From: Lama guanicoe
Taxonomy: Eukaryota
Reading direction: 5' to 3'
NCBI GenBank assembly: GCA_013239625.1
Contig: MU053881.1
Location: 13,816,373 to 13,880,372 of the forward strand
Length of the DNA: 64,000 nt
The position numbers were made by a program, and so were the translations under genes. Under the pieces are notes generated by a model. It made no database searches and was not told the origin of the DNA. It saw only the letters and a list, made by a program, of their open reading frames with translations. Below are positions 38,750 through 52,039 of the stretch, in pieces (the first letter of the stretch is position 1; every line of letters starts with the position of its first letter).

Positions 38750-39395
38750 TGATACAGAAAAAATGAGTGTGGGGTGAGAGGATGATCATGTCCCAGATCT
38801 CAGCTGAGTCCCTGGGACGTGCCCTGCCAAGTATGGGTCCTTGGCTTCATGCAGGAAGGAATTCAAGATCAAGCCATAGTTGAGTAAAAGTAGATTTATT
38901 TAGAGAGATACATAGTCCATAGAGTGCAGGCTGTTTCAGAAGGCAAGAGAAAGGCCGTGAGGTGTGGGGGCTGGTGCTGTAAAAGTACGTACACATTCCA
39001 TAGACGGGGTGTGGTCCATCTCACTCCAAAGGGAAAGCGGCCACCACGAGGTGCAGTGTTGCTAGTTTTTCTGGGTTCAGTAGTTTCATATGCTGACAAG
39101 TGGAGGATTATTCCAACTACTTTTGAGGAAGCAGCTGGGATTCTCAGGAATTGGGCCACCTCCCACTTTTTGACCTTTTATGGTTATCCTTGGAATTGTC
39201 ATGACGCCTGTGGGAGTGTCATTCCCTGTATTAATAGATTACAACGAGCATATAAGGAAGCTCCAGGTCTACTGGAAGTCAAATCTCCCACCATCTTGGG
39301 CTTCAAGGTCTACTGGGAGCTGAATCTTCCACCATTTTTGTGTTAATTGCTGTGTCGTTCTTTGAATGGCTGTGCCCCCCCCACCTCCTGTCTCA
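38750..39395 (-). mobile_element. Solo ERV1 LTR, MER41-like
   Basis: Ends ...cctgtctca; AATAAA on minus at 38900-38895; the segment ggattattcc...ttctcaggaattgggccacctccc...tgtcatgacgcctgtgggagtgt parallels MER41. Confidence 0.7.
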
Positions 39396-39530
39396 CCTAG
39401 GCTGCAAGAACCAATCCCACTGGTGCAATTGGGCATCATAGCCTCCTGTGTTCTGTTTCATCTCCCTCCAAGCTCCAATAGCAGTCAAAGTGCTCTTGCC
39501 GACATAAAGTATACCTTTAAGTGATGTGCG

Positions 39531-39897
39531 ATATATATATATATATATATNNNNNNNNNNNNNNNNNNNNNNNNNNNNNNNNNNNNNNNNNNNNNNNNNN
39601 NNNNNNNNNNNNNNNNNNNNNNNNNNNNNNNNNNNNNNNNNNNNNNNNNNNNNNNNNNNNNNNNNNNNNNNNNNNNNNNNNNNNNNNNNNNNNNNNNNNN
39701 NNNNNNNNNNNNNNNNNNNNNNNNNNNNNNNNNNNNNNNNNNNNNNNNNNNNNNNNNNNNNNNNNNNNNNNNNNNNNNNNNNNNNNNNNNNNNNNNNNNN
39801 NNNNNNNNNNNNNNNNNNNNNNNNNNNNNNNNNNNNNNNNNNNNNNNNNNNNNNNNNNNNNNNNNNNNNNNNNNNNTATATATATATATATATATAT
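39531..39897. repeat. (AT)n microsatellite spanning an assembly gap (326 N, 39551-39876)
   Basis: Direct read; AT repeats on both sides of the Ns. Confidence 0.95.
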
Positions 39898-40278
39898 CTC
39901 AATAGAATGTTATTCAGTCTTAAAAGAAAAAAATTCTATCACATGCTGTAACATGGATAAATCTTGAAAACATTATGCTAAGTGAAATCAGCTAGTCACC
40001 GAGAGACAAACACTGTATGATTCCACCTGTATGAGTATCTAAACAGTTAGAATCCTAGAAACAGAAAGTAGAATGGGGGTTGACTGGGTGGGTTGGGGGG
40101 AAATGGAATGTTAATGTCAGATGGGTATAATTTCAGTTTTGCAAGACAAAATAATTCTGGAGACCTTTTTACAACAGTGTGACTATACTTAACACTACTG
40201 AACCATAGACTTAACAATGGTTAAGATGGTAAATTTTATCTTATTTTTTTTACCACAATTTAAAATATTAAAAAAAGA
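39898..40278 (+). mobile_element. L1MB-type 3' end
   Basis: cattatgctaagtgaaatcagctagtcac...aatggttaagatggtaaatttt plus A tail. Confidence 0.88.
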
Positions 40279-40915
40279 AGAAAATTGGGTTGTGAAACTT
40301 CAAACAGAGAAAGAAAAAAAGAGGAGGGTAAACTTGGAATTTATGGTAAGAGTTACCTTGAATTGGGAAGGATACGGGTAGGGAATGGGGTGGTCGGAGG
40401 AAGCCATATAAATAGATAAGGACTATTGTCAACACCTCATAGCGTTCATAATGGGTGGTGAGTCCAAAGGTGTTATTATATTATTGAAAATAACTAAATA
40501 ATCAACAAAAGAGGACCATACACAGGGGGAATATATATATATATATATATATATACACCATGTAAAGATGTGAGTTACGTGGAGCAAAGCCTGGCAGCCT
40601 GACTGAAAGGGCCTGGTAATGGGTTTTCCCAAAGTTTTATTTATAGATACACTGCAGACCCTTGACATTCAGAAGAGTGTATCTGTAGATATTCAAAAAT
40701 TCCCAATTTGCCAATATTTCCATAGTATATAAATGCTCTCAAAGCAGCAGTAATATTTGAAAAATGTAAGAGTTCTCTTCACATTCTTACTTCTGTATAT
40801 CAGAAAAAATTGCTCCTGACTCACAGTTCCTCGGAGAATCGTGTTTTTTATGCTCAGCCGCTGGGGAGACATTCCACCAGAGTTACTGCATATTTCTGGC
40901 TGAAGCACCACTCAC

Positions 40916-40968
40916 CCATTAAGTGCCTCCCTGCTCGACACCATCCCAAGAGTGCTCGCGAGTGAATG
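40916..40968 (-). other. Possible upstream exon of the minus-strand candidate
   Basis: Donor TGG|GTGAGT at 40915; weak acceptor ttttctggaag; retained CpGs in a repeat-free island. Confidence 0.25.
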
Positions 40969-41309
40969 CTTCCAGAAAATTAAAGTTACTATATATGGGA
41001 CTTCTTAAAATTAATCAAAACATCAATCATTAGGTTTATCAAGGTCCAGGGTTTATGACGTAGCATGATGCAATAAATAAAGCGTTTAAGAACAAAGGCT
41101 TTGGACGGATTTGGATGTTCAGTCCCAGCTCAGCTGCTTAATATTTATGATACTGGGGAAATTCCCTACTGGTCCTTCTTTTATAAAATGCAAAAATAGC
41201 CAGTGTCTCTTTGGGCTCTAAAGGGATCTGGGAGGAATGCAAGTGGAGCACTGGGCACCTAAGAGGAGAGCCAGGCACACACTAAGCCCTGGAACGACAG
41301 TGATGCTTC

Positions 41310-41895
41310 TCCCCAGCTACCTCGCTTGTCTCCTGCCCCACAGTCCACTCTCCACTTAGCAACCAGAGTGGTCTTTTGAAAACTGAAATCATTTCCCATT
41401 ACATGGACCTTCTACTTCCAATGACCTTCCACTGCAGCCAGAAGAAAATTCAAAGAAGGAGTGAATCCTGGACCTCTTTGGAAGCCATCCCCTCCCTCAG
41501 TCTTTGTGCTCTAGCCTCACTGAGCGTCCTCAAATGCACAGGCCTCATTTTCACACCAAGACCTTTGTCCTTCCTGCTTCCTTCTTCCTGGAAGACGCCC
41601 ATCCCTGCATCTCCACTTGGCTGACTCTTAATCTGAGTTTGCCTGTCGCCTCCTCAGAGGCCTTCTCTAAGTACTCAGTTCCTCCTCCATTCTGCAGGCC
41701 ACAAGAACTCAGTAGTTCTCATCAGGATAGTAATTATCTTACTAATTTGTTTCCTCATCTATTGCCTTTCTTTCCCAACTAGTATATAACTAAGCTCTCC
41801 TTCTGTTTGGTTCTATGAATCCCTACTTGTGCTTGACATATAGTGGGCACTCAAATGTTGGTTGGGTGAATGGATGGATGGATGGATGGATGGAT
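41310..41895 (+). mobile_element. L2 LINE 3' part with (TGGA)n tail
   Basis: ctctccacttagcaaccagagtggtctttt...acatatagtgggcactcaaatgttgg. Confidence 0.8.
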
Positions 41896-42789
41896 AAGGA
41901 TTATGTCCAGTTTTACTGTACTGCATATGGTGATGTCATGGTAGGAAAATGAGATACAAATCTTCATGACAAAGAAAATATCAGAAAAGATGAAGACTGC
42001 TCAGAAACAATGGGACATGCGCTAACCATTAAAGGGTACGTGGAATTCAGATAGAGGGAGGAACTTTTAGAAAGTTGTTTAACCTCCAAATATCTGAGAC
42101 TTTCTCCTCATCCCTTGGGGGCAGAGACAGCCCTGCCCCTCATTTATGGGGATGTTCTGGAGCTAGAGATAATGCAGAAAAGCTGCTGAGTGCTAATTAG
42201 CTCTATCTGTCAGGGCACAGGAAGCCAGCAGGTCGGGGTGGCTGATCGCAAGGTCTGTAGCTGAAAATACTTCTTGCCAACTGCCTGGAGGGGCTGATAA
42301 GGGAAATGACTGCATTCTATAAATTAACATATTCTAAGCAGGTCGGAAGGCCCAGTTGCAGAAAACAGTGGTAGAGGTGGAAAGAAAGGTGAAACCACTG
42401 CTATTTTAAGTTACCATACCTAGGTAATGAAGCTGTGAATTCTGTGACAAGGATCATTGGCTTGGAGTCAGCAGTGGTGGCAGCTGAGTTTAATTTTTAG
42501 GGGCAGTACTGGCAAAATTAGGAAAGAAATAGCCTTGTCTTCATTGTACTCACTTCCTAAGAAGAACTAATTCTCTTCATTTTGCCCTTTCCCATTTAAG
42601 TTATAATTCTCCCACTTCCTTTTCCTCTTCCCTTTAAAAACAGTATTTTCAGCTTTGTTACCCGATCTGATCTGCCTTCTCTGGGTGATTTCTCAAGCAC
42701 CAGATGTCACTGGACATCATAGTCTAGGAGAAAGAGCAATGGACTCGACATCAGAAAAGACCAAGATTCTGGTTCGGGTTCCTGTTCTG

Positions 42790-43320
42790 TGGGCGTTTTA
42801 GTCATGACTACTCTGGTTGCAAGTTACAGAAACATAGATCAGACTAGCTTAAGAAAGAAAGTCATTGGCTTATGTAATTGATGTTCGGGGCAGGTGAAGA
42901 CTTCAAGCTTTGCTGGATCCATGTGTTTATCTATAACAGTATCGCCATCTCTCAACCCTCCTCCTTTCAGCCTAATCCAAAATCTAAGTCTAAATTTTTA
43001 ATTAGACATTTTCTCGTATTGACTCTTCCCACGTAGCAACAATCATGACCGTCAGTCGCCCCAAGCTTTTTGCCTTAACTCACTATCCAAAAGGAAGGAG
43101 GATCTCTCCATTTCTCCCTGGTCCATGCATTAAAACTCAAGGAACCAGGGGAATGTGATCATCTGAGACGTCAGGCTGGTAGCATGCTCGACCTTGTGTG
43201 TTGGCAGGATGGCTGAGCAGAGCAGCTGCTCAGAGCACCATGATGGGCATCCCTAAGACCACTGAAATGGGGAAGGAGATACTCACCAAAGGGGAGGATG
43301 CTTAAGAAAGACAACCACTA
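42790..43320 (-). mobile_element. Old MaLR LTR (MLT1J/K-like)
   Basis: ttagtcatgactactctggttgcaagttacagaaac...actagcttaag. Confidence 0.6.
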
Positions 43321-44137
43321 TTCCTATTAGAGTTTTCATCTGTAAAATGATTGTGTTCAGTGAAATTAGGGATGAGGTCTGCAGGCTTCCGAAGTGAAAG
43401 TTGAATGGCCAGAAATGGTCATCAAATGTAAGTCAGTGGACAGTCGTGATTGCTGAGAATTGAGATTTCTGATTTTACCCTCTCTCAGTGTAGACTCTTA
43501 ACTATGGATGTCAGACTAAGGAAGGTCAGCTCCTGCAAAGGTCCTTTCCAGATCCTCAGTATCCCATTCACACTGCTTTATCTCTAGATCATCAATCAGC
43601 TCTTTGGATCTAGAGACTAATAAATACTTGTGAATGAATGGCTATAGTTGATTCTGTTCTCTGAACTCTTTTTAGAAGAATTCTTATGAAACAGAATCAG
43701 TCCAGGCTAGTGTTTCTTAAACTATAATGGATTCAATTTATCTCTAGATTAAAAAAAAAAGATTCCTGCCAGTAACTCTAATAAAGTAGGTAAAGTAGAA
43801 GGGTACCTGGAGTATATGTTTTTAATAAGATCCCTAGGAGGGATGGTGGTCCACAGAGCACACTTAGAAAAAAATAATGAACTGGGAACAAAAGAAGAGA
43901 AACTACCCAAATAGGATCCACAGCAGGACATGTGCAGTTCTTGAATGACACACACTCAGCGTAGGTGCTCAGCAAATATGCATTAGATCAGTAGGTGACT
44001 GGGAAGATGGATGGATGGATAGATGAGTGAATGGAAGGATAAATGAATGGATAGGCGAGCGCATGGGTGATAGAATGGAATGGTGGGTAAGTGTTTGGAT
44101 ACATATATGAAGGAAATTGCTTTCCTTTTCTTTGTAG

Positions 44138-44225
44138 ACAAACTAAACGCTGACCTTGCCAACATTGCCAAAATAGCTCTCCTCAGATGAGACGAAATCC
44201 ATTGCCTGTGTGAAACCATCACGCA
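44138..44225 (+). pseudogene. Putative 88-nt exon with one in-frame TGA (plus-strand candidate)
   Basis: Strong acceptor ctttccttttctttgtag and donor GCA|GTATGT; frame KLNADLANIAKIALLR*DEIHCLCETIT, TGA at 44188-44190. Confidence 0.45.
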
Positions 44226-45182
44226 GTATGTGGATATTTGCTTTTCCAGACTGATTTGTGTTACTGTTGTTGTCACATGTTCAGTAGACCTAATATTACT
44301 TATGCGGTTATTTCTGAGGTGATAATGGGGTAATATCAGGGAGTTATTTTGCTTGACCTGAGTATTTAGTGCCCTGGCTTCTAGAAAATGCATTTTGTTT
44401 CTGTTATTTACAAACCACTATAATACTATAGCTGTTGCCCTTTCTGAATGGGATTACCTAAAAAATAACTTGTTCTGTAAGGCTGCTAATTATGAGGCTA
44501 AAGCATACCCATTAAAGGCATTTACCTTGTAATTTTGTGATGAGAGACTGAGTGAAACAAAGCATGGAATATGATTATTATGGCTGAGGATATAAGGATA
44601 TAAAGCCGCTCATTTATTTTAGAACTGGGAATTAGTTTAGCATGATCTGTTAACTCCAGAAAGAGGACTGTCACAGAGCAGCTATTTCTGCCACCTCTAA
44701 TGAACTAGGGGTCTTTGCCCAGCTCCTTAGCTGCCCTGTCCGACCTCCTTCACCCTCACCCCTATCTTCAGCCTTCGAATTCTAATGCACTGGACCTCTC
44801 TCTTTCACGAAATTCAACCATTCAAAAGGCAGCTTGTTGTAGGAGTTCAGGGCATGGTCTCTGGAGAAAGAATGCCTGTCTTTATATGTGGTTCTGCCAC
44901 TTACCAGTATGTAACCTCTCAGGGATTCAGTTTCCTTATCTGTAAAATAGCAATATAAAATGATAGTATTGAACTCACTAGACTGTTAAAAGGATTATCT
45001 GAGCTAACTATGCATTAAGTATTTAGATCTTAACAGTAAGTTGTTAACATACATTGTTGTAAAATTTCTACTGCAAAGATAATTACAGAAACATTACAGA
45101 AGTTATGAAAAATTTAAAACATACACACTCACAATCCTAACATCCTCCCCACATCTCATATTTTTCATTGTAATGCACTAGC

Positions 45183-45666
45183 TTTTTGTTTTTAATTGAC
45201 GTAGAGTTGATTTACAATGTTGTGTTAGTTCCTGGTGTACAGCACAGTGATTCAGTTATATATATATATATATATATATAACTTGTAATGAAAATGTATA
45301 TATTTTCATTACAAGTTATTACAGCTATTGAATATAGTTCCCTGAGCTCTACAGAAGAAACTGGTTGTCTATTTTATATATAGTAGTTTGTATCTGCTAA
45401 TCCCAAACTCCTAATTTATTCCTCCCTTTTCCCTTTGGTAACCATAAGTTTGTTTTGTGTGTCCGTGAGTCTGTTTCTGTTTTGTAAATAAGTTCATTTG
45501 TGTCATTTTTTTAGATTCTACATATGAGTGCTATCATATTGCATATGGTATTTTTCTTTCTCTGTCTGACTTACTTCACTTAGTATGGTAATCTCTAGAT
45601 CCACCAATATTGCTGCAAATGGCATTACTTCATTCTTTTTTATGGCTGAGTAGTATTCCATTTTAT

Positions 45667-45700
<34 letters not shown>

Positions 45701-45878
45701 ACATATACATATATGTGTGTATATATATATATTGTATATTTATATAACATGTCTTCTTTATCCAGTCATCTGTCAGTGGACATTTAGGTTGCTTTCATGT
45801 CTCAGCTGTTATAAACAGTGCTGCTATGAACATTTGGGATCATATATCTTTTTGAATTAGAGTTTCCTCTGGACATAT
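45183..45878 (-). mobile_element. Cetartiodactyl/camelid L1 3' end with internal (TA)n and (CA)n
   Basis: Same 3'UTR family as the copies at 6.3 and 35.9 kb. Confidence 0.9.
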
Positions 45879-46733
45879 AAGGCTGTTATATTAGCTGTTG
45901 AATTTTGTCTTCTGGACCTTTTCCGTGGTTTGGAGAAACCACAAACATGACCATTAACTTTTAACACATTTGTCCTACAGAAAAGTTTTCTTACACATCT
46001 AACTAATAAAGGCCAAAAACTCACTTCTCAATTTGAGAAGCTCTCTATAGCTAAATGGTGTTTGTTAAGATTTAAGAATATTGCCAGTGAGGAGTACTCT
46101 ACTAAGCCAGTAGCTAATCTTTGAGCCTAGATTTATCAGGTTAGTCTGATATTATGTAAAGTTTCATCCACTCCATAGGACAGTTGGATGAATTTTTTGT
46201 ATTAGAATCACAGGTTTGAGCTTTGAGGTCGGCCAAACCTGTGGGTTCAAATTCTAAATCTGGACCCATGATCTTAAGCAAATGACTGTACTTCTTAGAT
46301 GCCTCATCTGGAAGAATGAGGTTACTAAGCCTACACTGTGTTGGGAGAATTACAATAAAGATAAGAAAGAATCTTTGTTTTAGCTATCATGGTCGATGGA
46401 GAGTGATGAACTATCCTGAGGTAAAAGCAGTACAAGGAAATGGGTTTTCCTGGAGGTGAAAAGCTGGGGGTGGAGATGTTCTTTAGGGATCTGGGGCGTT
46501 GACTCTGCTTGTCTGCTGTCCTCCCGCCTAGACCCACTGCAGTCGAGCATTGCACTGATGCTCGAGAAAGGGAGGGTGGTATGTGTGTAAATCCTTAAAT
46601 CAGAAGTGCTGTTGTTGGAAGCCTAAGTATAGAAGGGCTGTGATGTGGCAGGCTGGTGCTCTCGGATCCAGCAAGACCCCGTATGCAGGGACGGTGGCAT
46701 TGTCAGCGTGGCTCCAGCAGATGTCTTCAGGGC

Positions 46734-47120
46734 TGTCTTAGTTTGCTTGGCTCCTATAACAAAGTACCTCAGACTGGGCGACGTAAACAACAGAAATTTA
46801 TTTCTTACAGTTCTGGAAGCTGGTTAGCCCAAGATTAAGGTGTCAGCTGACTCAGTTTCTAATGAGAGCCCTCTTCCTGTCCTGTAGATGGCCACCTGCT
46901 CCCTGTGTGCTCACGTGACCTCTCATCGGTGTGTGGGCAAGCTCTCTGACGTCTCTTCTTATAAGCACACTAATCCGGTTAGATCGGGGACCCACCCCTG
47001 TGACTTCATTTAACCTTGAATACCTCCTCATAGGCACTGTCTCCAAATACAGCAGGGTCACATGGTGTGGTTAGGGCTTTGACATATGAATTTGGTGGGG
47101 GCACAGTTCAGTCCATAGCA
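46734..47120 (-). mobile_element. MLT1A-type MaLR solo LTR
   Basis: tgtcttagtttg...aacaacagaaatttatttcttacagttctggaagctgg...ttcagtccatagca; TG...CA ends, about 390 bp. Confidence 0.88.
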
Positions 47121-49089
47121 GGGACCAAAGGGAAATGCTGCTGAGTCATGTTGTATCTGCTCTTCCTAATAAGAGTTGTGTCAGGGTCAGTTTAATAGAG
47201 TGTGTGTGTGTGTGTGTGTGTCTCTCTGTCCATCTGTCCGTCCATCCCCATCCTCTTCCTACCAAACTCCAAGCCACAAGAGCTGCAGCAGGTGCCTATT
47301 ATCTCCCCTCCCCACTGATGTTTGAGTCTCGGAAGCCTAAATGAGCTGTCTCATCTCCTTGGAGGCAAGGGCTGGGACTGGGAAATCTGGAATCAAGTGG
47401 TGGAAAGGGAAGTGATAGCCCTTGTTTCTCATTATAACCACCAAGATAATTCTCAAGTGCCACACTCAGGAGGAGGAGGAAGTCATACCTCCTGCTTCTT
47501 TCCTGTTAAATATGCTTCTGAAAAACTATCATAACCCAGGATGCTGGAGTTCATCAAGAGGCACATTATACATTGACATTTCCAATCAATGACTCTTTTC
47601 AAGAGTTTTACAAAGTAGCTTTGCTGCCTCTGTCTCCTTGGCTTGCCTTCTTCACACTCACTCCTTGCTAATGTGTGACACCAGACTTGACTTCCTGGAG
47701 AGACGTGATCAAGGAGCACAGGCCCCTTGCTGGGAAACACATTAGCACAGTGTCTGAAATCTGCCCTTTCGACTCATCTGATCTATGGTATGTGTTAGCA
47801 TTTAATAAATATTGGGCTAGCTGAGGCTCTGTCTATGTGTGCTAGACACATCTGCTGCCTTGCTTCTTTAAGCAAGACAAAATAGATGCTCTGATAATTG
47901 CTTCAAATTTTTTTCCCTTAAAACTAAAGTTGTGATTCAAGAAACTTAAATGACTTAATTACAAAGTGTGCATTGAGAAAGGGTGTATTCCTCCTTAAAA
48001 ATATTAATTAGGCCCTTCTTAATCTCCATTGCAGATCTTATTACGAACTTGTTTTTCTTCCAACTGCCTCTTTTGATTATGCATAAATAGGATGTAATTA
48101 CATATGGGTGGAAGGTTATTATATACAAGTATGTTCAGAAATCATGTGAATAAAATGCACAATAGGCTTCAGCAGTCTTCTCATCAAATGACACAGATTA
48201 GGACCAAAATAAGCAATTTGCTCTCTTTTAGTATCCACCTTGTCTGTTCCTTTTTCCGATTAGCACTATGGAGCATGTTAGAGAATAGAAAGATAATTAG
48301 TCGTTTTGACCTCTAGCTGGAAGGAAATGTGGTTTGTTTGCATTTAACAGGTGAGTTCACTGTTAGTGTTGCTATTATTACCTTCATCTCTTTGGTTTGC
48401 CATCTTTTATGTCAATTTCTCAGCTCAAAATCTAAGGTGGATGTCTAAACCCAAATTCTATTTTTAAGAGTGTGAAAGGTGACAAGGAAAAGAGGATCAT
48501 TCTTAGTAATGCTTGTCCGTAACATACATATTTTGTTTCCCCAGAAGCTTCACAATGAGACAGTTTTCCAAAAATGTAATTTTAAGTACATTCTGCAAAA
48601 TGATTTCCTATCCTTATGCTTATGGGCTGTTGCAACAAAAGGACTCCAGCTTGAAACTGGGTGGGCACACGTGTGTGTATGTGGGACGAACAGCTAATTA
48701 CCTGTCAGTTACCATAGTGATGTTTAGAGGCAGATGAAGAAGCTCACGTAGCCCTGTTACCCGTCTTAAGAGAGGAAAATCTGCATACTTTCTTCCTTTC
48801 AATCCCCACTGGAGATTCTGGCAGCAATTTTAGGATGCTCTTTGCTTGATAAGTTCTTCTGTGACAATTTAGCTTCTTTCCTTTGAACGTAGACCATGTT
48901 GATTTGAGTGAGAAGTGGAAAGAATTAACTTGGAAGAGGCTTTGGGAGCTAACGTAATAGACTCATGACTTAGCTCTGCAGAGTTCTGTTAGCAGTACTT
49001 GATAAAGCACTGGCTCAGCATGAGCCCATCTTCAAAGAGCTTTGCTTAGAAAAACAGTTCTCTGTAGATCACCAAGAAAACACACCACG

Positions 49090-50560
49090 TTCTTCTTTCC
49101 ACAAATGTTTTTGCAAACCTACTAAGAGTCAGCACTGTACTAATCTTAGGGGGTACCTTAGTGAGATGGATGTTAATAAGTCCCTAATTTGGGAGATATA
49201 TCCATTTATTCAACAAATATTTTTTGATCATTTATCAGGTACCATGGTTGGTTATCTGGAGATGATAAGGGAAGCACCCTCAGATTTGGAGGAGAGGTCA
49301 GCAGTAAGGAAAAATGTCTAGGAGAGAGTTAGCTAGGAAAGGTGAGGAGGATGGGAGGGTGTGATAGGAAAGTATTTCAGAGAAAGGGGTAGCCTTGTGA
49401 ACGGAATCAAAAGCAAGTAAATGTGGCAGATTTAGGGGAAAGAGGTTGGTATGTCTAGAGAACAGAGTTCAAGACACATGTGGGCAATGCCATTGAGATG
49501 TAAGCAGGGACTAAATCATAAAAAGCCTTCAGTAAATTGTGGCAGATTATATTCTCAAAAGATGATTACAGCATCTCCCATCCCATATGCTCTTCTAAAA
49601 TGTGACTTTCCCATATTTCTTCCATCAAATGGTGGAGTCTCTGGCCTCTCCCCTTGAATCTTCATGGACATTTTGATTTCTGAGACTATTTTTCATACTG
49701 TCATTACTTCTGTCTTAATCTCTGAGGACATTTGCTTTTGGAACTCAGTTGTCATGCAGTGAGGCAGTCCTAACTAGTCCACACAAAAATAACCAAGAGG
49801 GGCCACATATGAGGATCTGCAATAACAGTTGGCTGTGTCCCTCCAGCAGCTAACATTAGCCACCAGACATGTAAGTGCATTCTCTTCTAGGTGATACCAG
49901 CCCTTAGCTGTCAGGTTAGTCCCCGTCTGCAAGTATTCACAAATGAGATCCCAGATGCTATGGAGCAGAGACAAGCTATCCCCACCACACTCTATCTGAA
50001 ATTCTAGCCTTGAATGGTTTGTTATGCAGCAGTATCAACTAGAACACTTCTTAAGGAGTTTCCCCCTTTTTTCAGAATCACTGGGGAGGCACTGAAAAGT
50101 TCTAAGCAGCTAAGTAACAGGATCAGATTAGCATATTAGAAAGATCATTTTATCTCTGATATGTGGGGAATATTAGTGAGAGTGAACTCTGGAGGCAGGG
50201 AGACTGGCTGGGAAGATATCGCACATGTTGAGACAATATGTCACAGTGGCCTGGACTTAGGTGAGAGTAAGAGAGATGAAAAAATTCAAGAGTTACCTGG
50301 AAGCTAGAATCAACAGGGCTTGGTGCTAGATTGAATGTGTTGGGTGGAGGAGAGGAACGTAGGAAGCAAAGATTATGTGGGGTCTACTGTCTTGATAACA
50401 GAGTAGTTGATGCTGCCTTTTACTTTGAGGAAATATTGAAGGAGGAAGACTTCAGTGGTGGGACAGACTGGGGAGTCATGCAGTGGGAGATGATTATCTC
50501 TTTGAGTACCCTATGGGTCCCTCACATTTATAGCAACAACTGAAGTGTCCAGGCAGGACT
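49090..50560 (-). mobile_element. L2 LINE interrupted by an MLT1 LTR
   Basis: Antisense L2 text on both sides of 49538-50046. Confidence 0.7.
49538..50046 (+). mobile_element. MLT1 (F/H-like) solo LTR
   Basis: tgtggcaga...tggtttgttatgcagcagtatcaactagaaca, typical MLT1 termini. Confidence 0.8.
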
Positions 50561-50749
50561 AGGCTATGCCTGACATTCTCAGATGTCTTGTTCTGTTCTC
50601 ATAAGTCAAATAGCGAAAAGTGGAGTATCCTCACTCAAAATTTCTGAAAATTAGAGGAGATTGAGTGACAAGCTCATGTGTAAAGCCTGTCTAGTTTCAA
50701 GGCCCTGCACTAAGGACTGTGGGGGCCACAGTGATGAGTTAGAATTCCA

Positions 50750-51390
50750 ACAGCAGTTAAGAGATAGATATTGTTAATTGGATAAAAAAGCAAGACCCAA
50801 CTATAGACTGTCTACAAGAAACATGATTTAATTGTAAAGACTTCTGATTAAAAATAAAAGGATGGGAAAAATATACTGTGAAAACACTAATCAAAACAAA
50901 TCTGAAATGACTAGTTTGATATCAAAAAAGTAGACTTCAGAACAAAAAAAAAACATTACCAGGAAAAAAGAAGGCATCGTAAAGATGTAATTACATAAAG
51001 AGGTCAATCCATCAAGAACTCACAACTATCCCAAATGTTATAGGCCTGACAACAGAGCTTCAAAACAAATGAAGTAAAAACTGATAAAACTGAAAGGAGG
51101 AATAGACAAACCACAAGTATAATTGGAGACTTCAGTGATCCTTTCTCAGTAATTGATAGAATCAGTGGACAGAAAAATCAATAAAAGATGGGAGACCTGA
51201 ACAACACCATCAACCAATTTGACTGAATTGACATTTATAGAACACTCTGCCTAATACTCACACACAGTCTTCTCAAGTGCACATAGACCATATTCTGGAC
51301 CATAAAACAAATCTCAACAAATTTTTAAAAATTGAAATCGTACAAAGCATGTCCTCTGACAAGGATGGAATTAAATGGAAATCAACTTGT
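50750..51390 (+). mobile_element. L1 ORF2 endonuclease-domain fragment
   Basis: Degenerate WIKKQDPTI.CLQET, GDF and DHILDHK motifs visible. Confidence 0.88.
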
Positions 51391-52039
51391 TTATAGTAAC
51401 CAAGCACTGCATCTTCAATGAGACGTTATCATTTGGTAATAGCAGAGAAACTGGTCCAAATGGAGACTAAATATAAATCCTTTAGGTCATATTTCACTTA
51501 ACCTAAGTCTTCAACATTTCAGCACTAGATGGCATTTCAGAATTTGGTTTCAGCCATCATGACACAGAAGGGGAGAGTGAAGCTCCAAATGGCTGAATGA
51601 CTTACCTGGGGTGTCCAGGGGCTAGATTCATGATGGTCTTAGGACAGTCTGCTAAATTGTGGTAGCCTTTGGAGGACAGGATGAATGTTTTCCCCTTAGA
51701 ATATATACTAACATTTTTGAAAAGGGAAAGCCATCTTCAAATAATATTGATTCACTAGGCTAGGAATTTGTACTTTTTTTTCTGCTCATACCTTAGAGAG
51801 TAATACGGAAATCTATATCACGTACCATCACTGTTGGAGAATGAGCAGGAGAGTTACATTCCAGAGTCATGGGAGAGGGAAGGAAGAGGACAGGGCAACT
51901 TATTGTTGATCCTATAAACTTGATCATTTGATTAAAAACTATGACACTGTTTATATCTCTATATCCATATACAAATACATACTTTTAAAGGTATTTTTAT
52001 TTAGACACTTCATTTTGTAGATAGGGATAATCTCAACTG

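Noticed and set aside
39393..39967. Three 141-169 aa ORFs
   Set aside because: Artefacts of translating through the N gap and (AT)n.
44188..44190. In-frame TGA as selenocysteine
   Set aside because: I could not see a SECIS fold in 53944-54150; CGA>TGA decay or chance is simpler. SECISearch would settle it.
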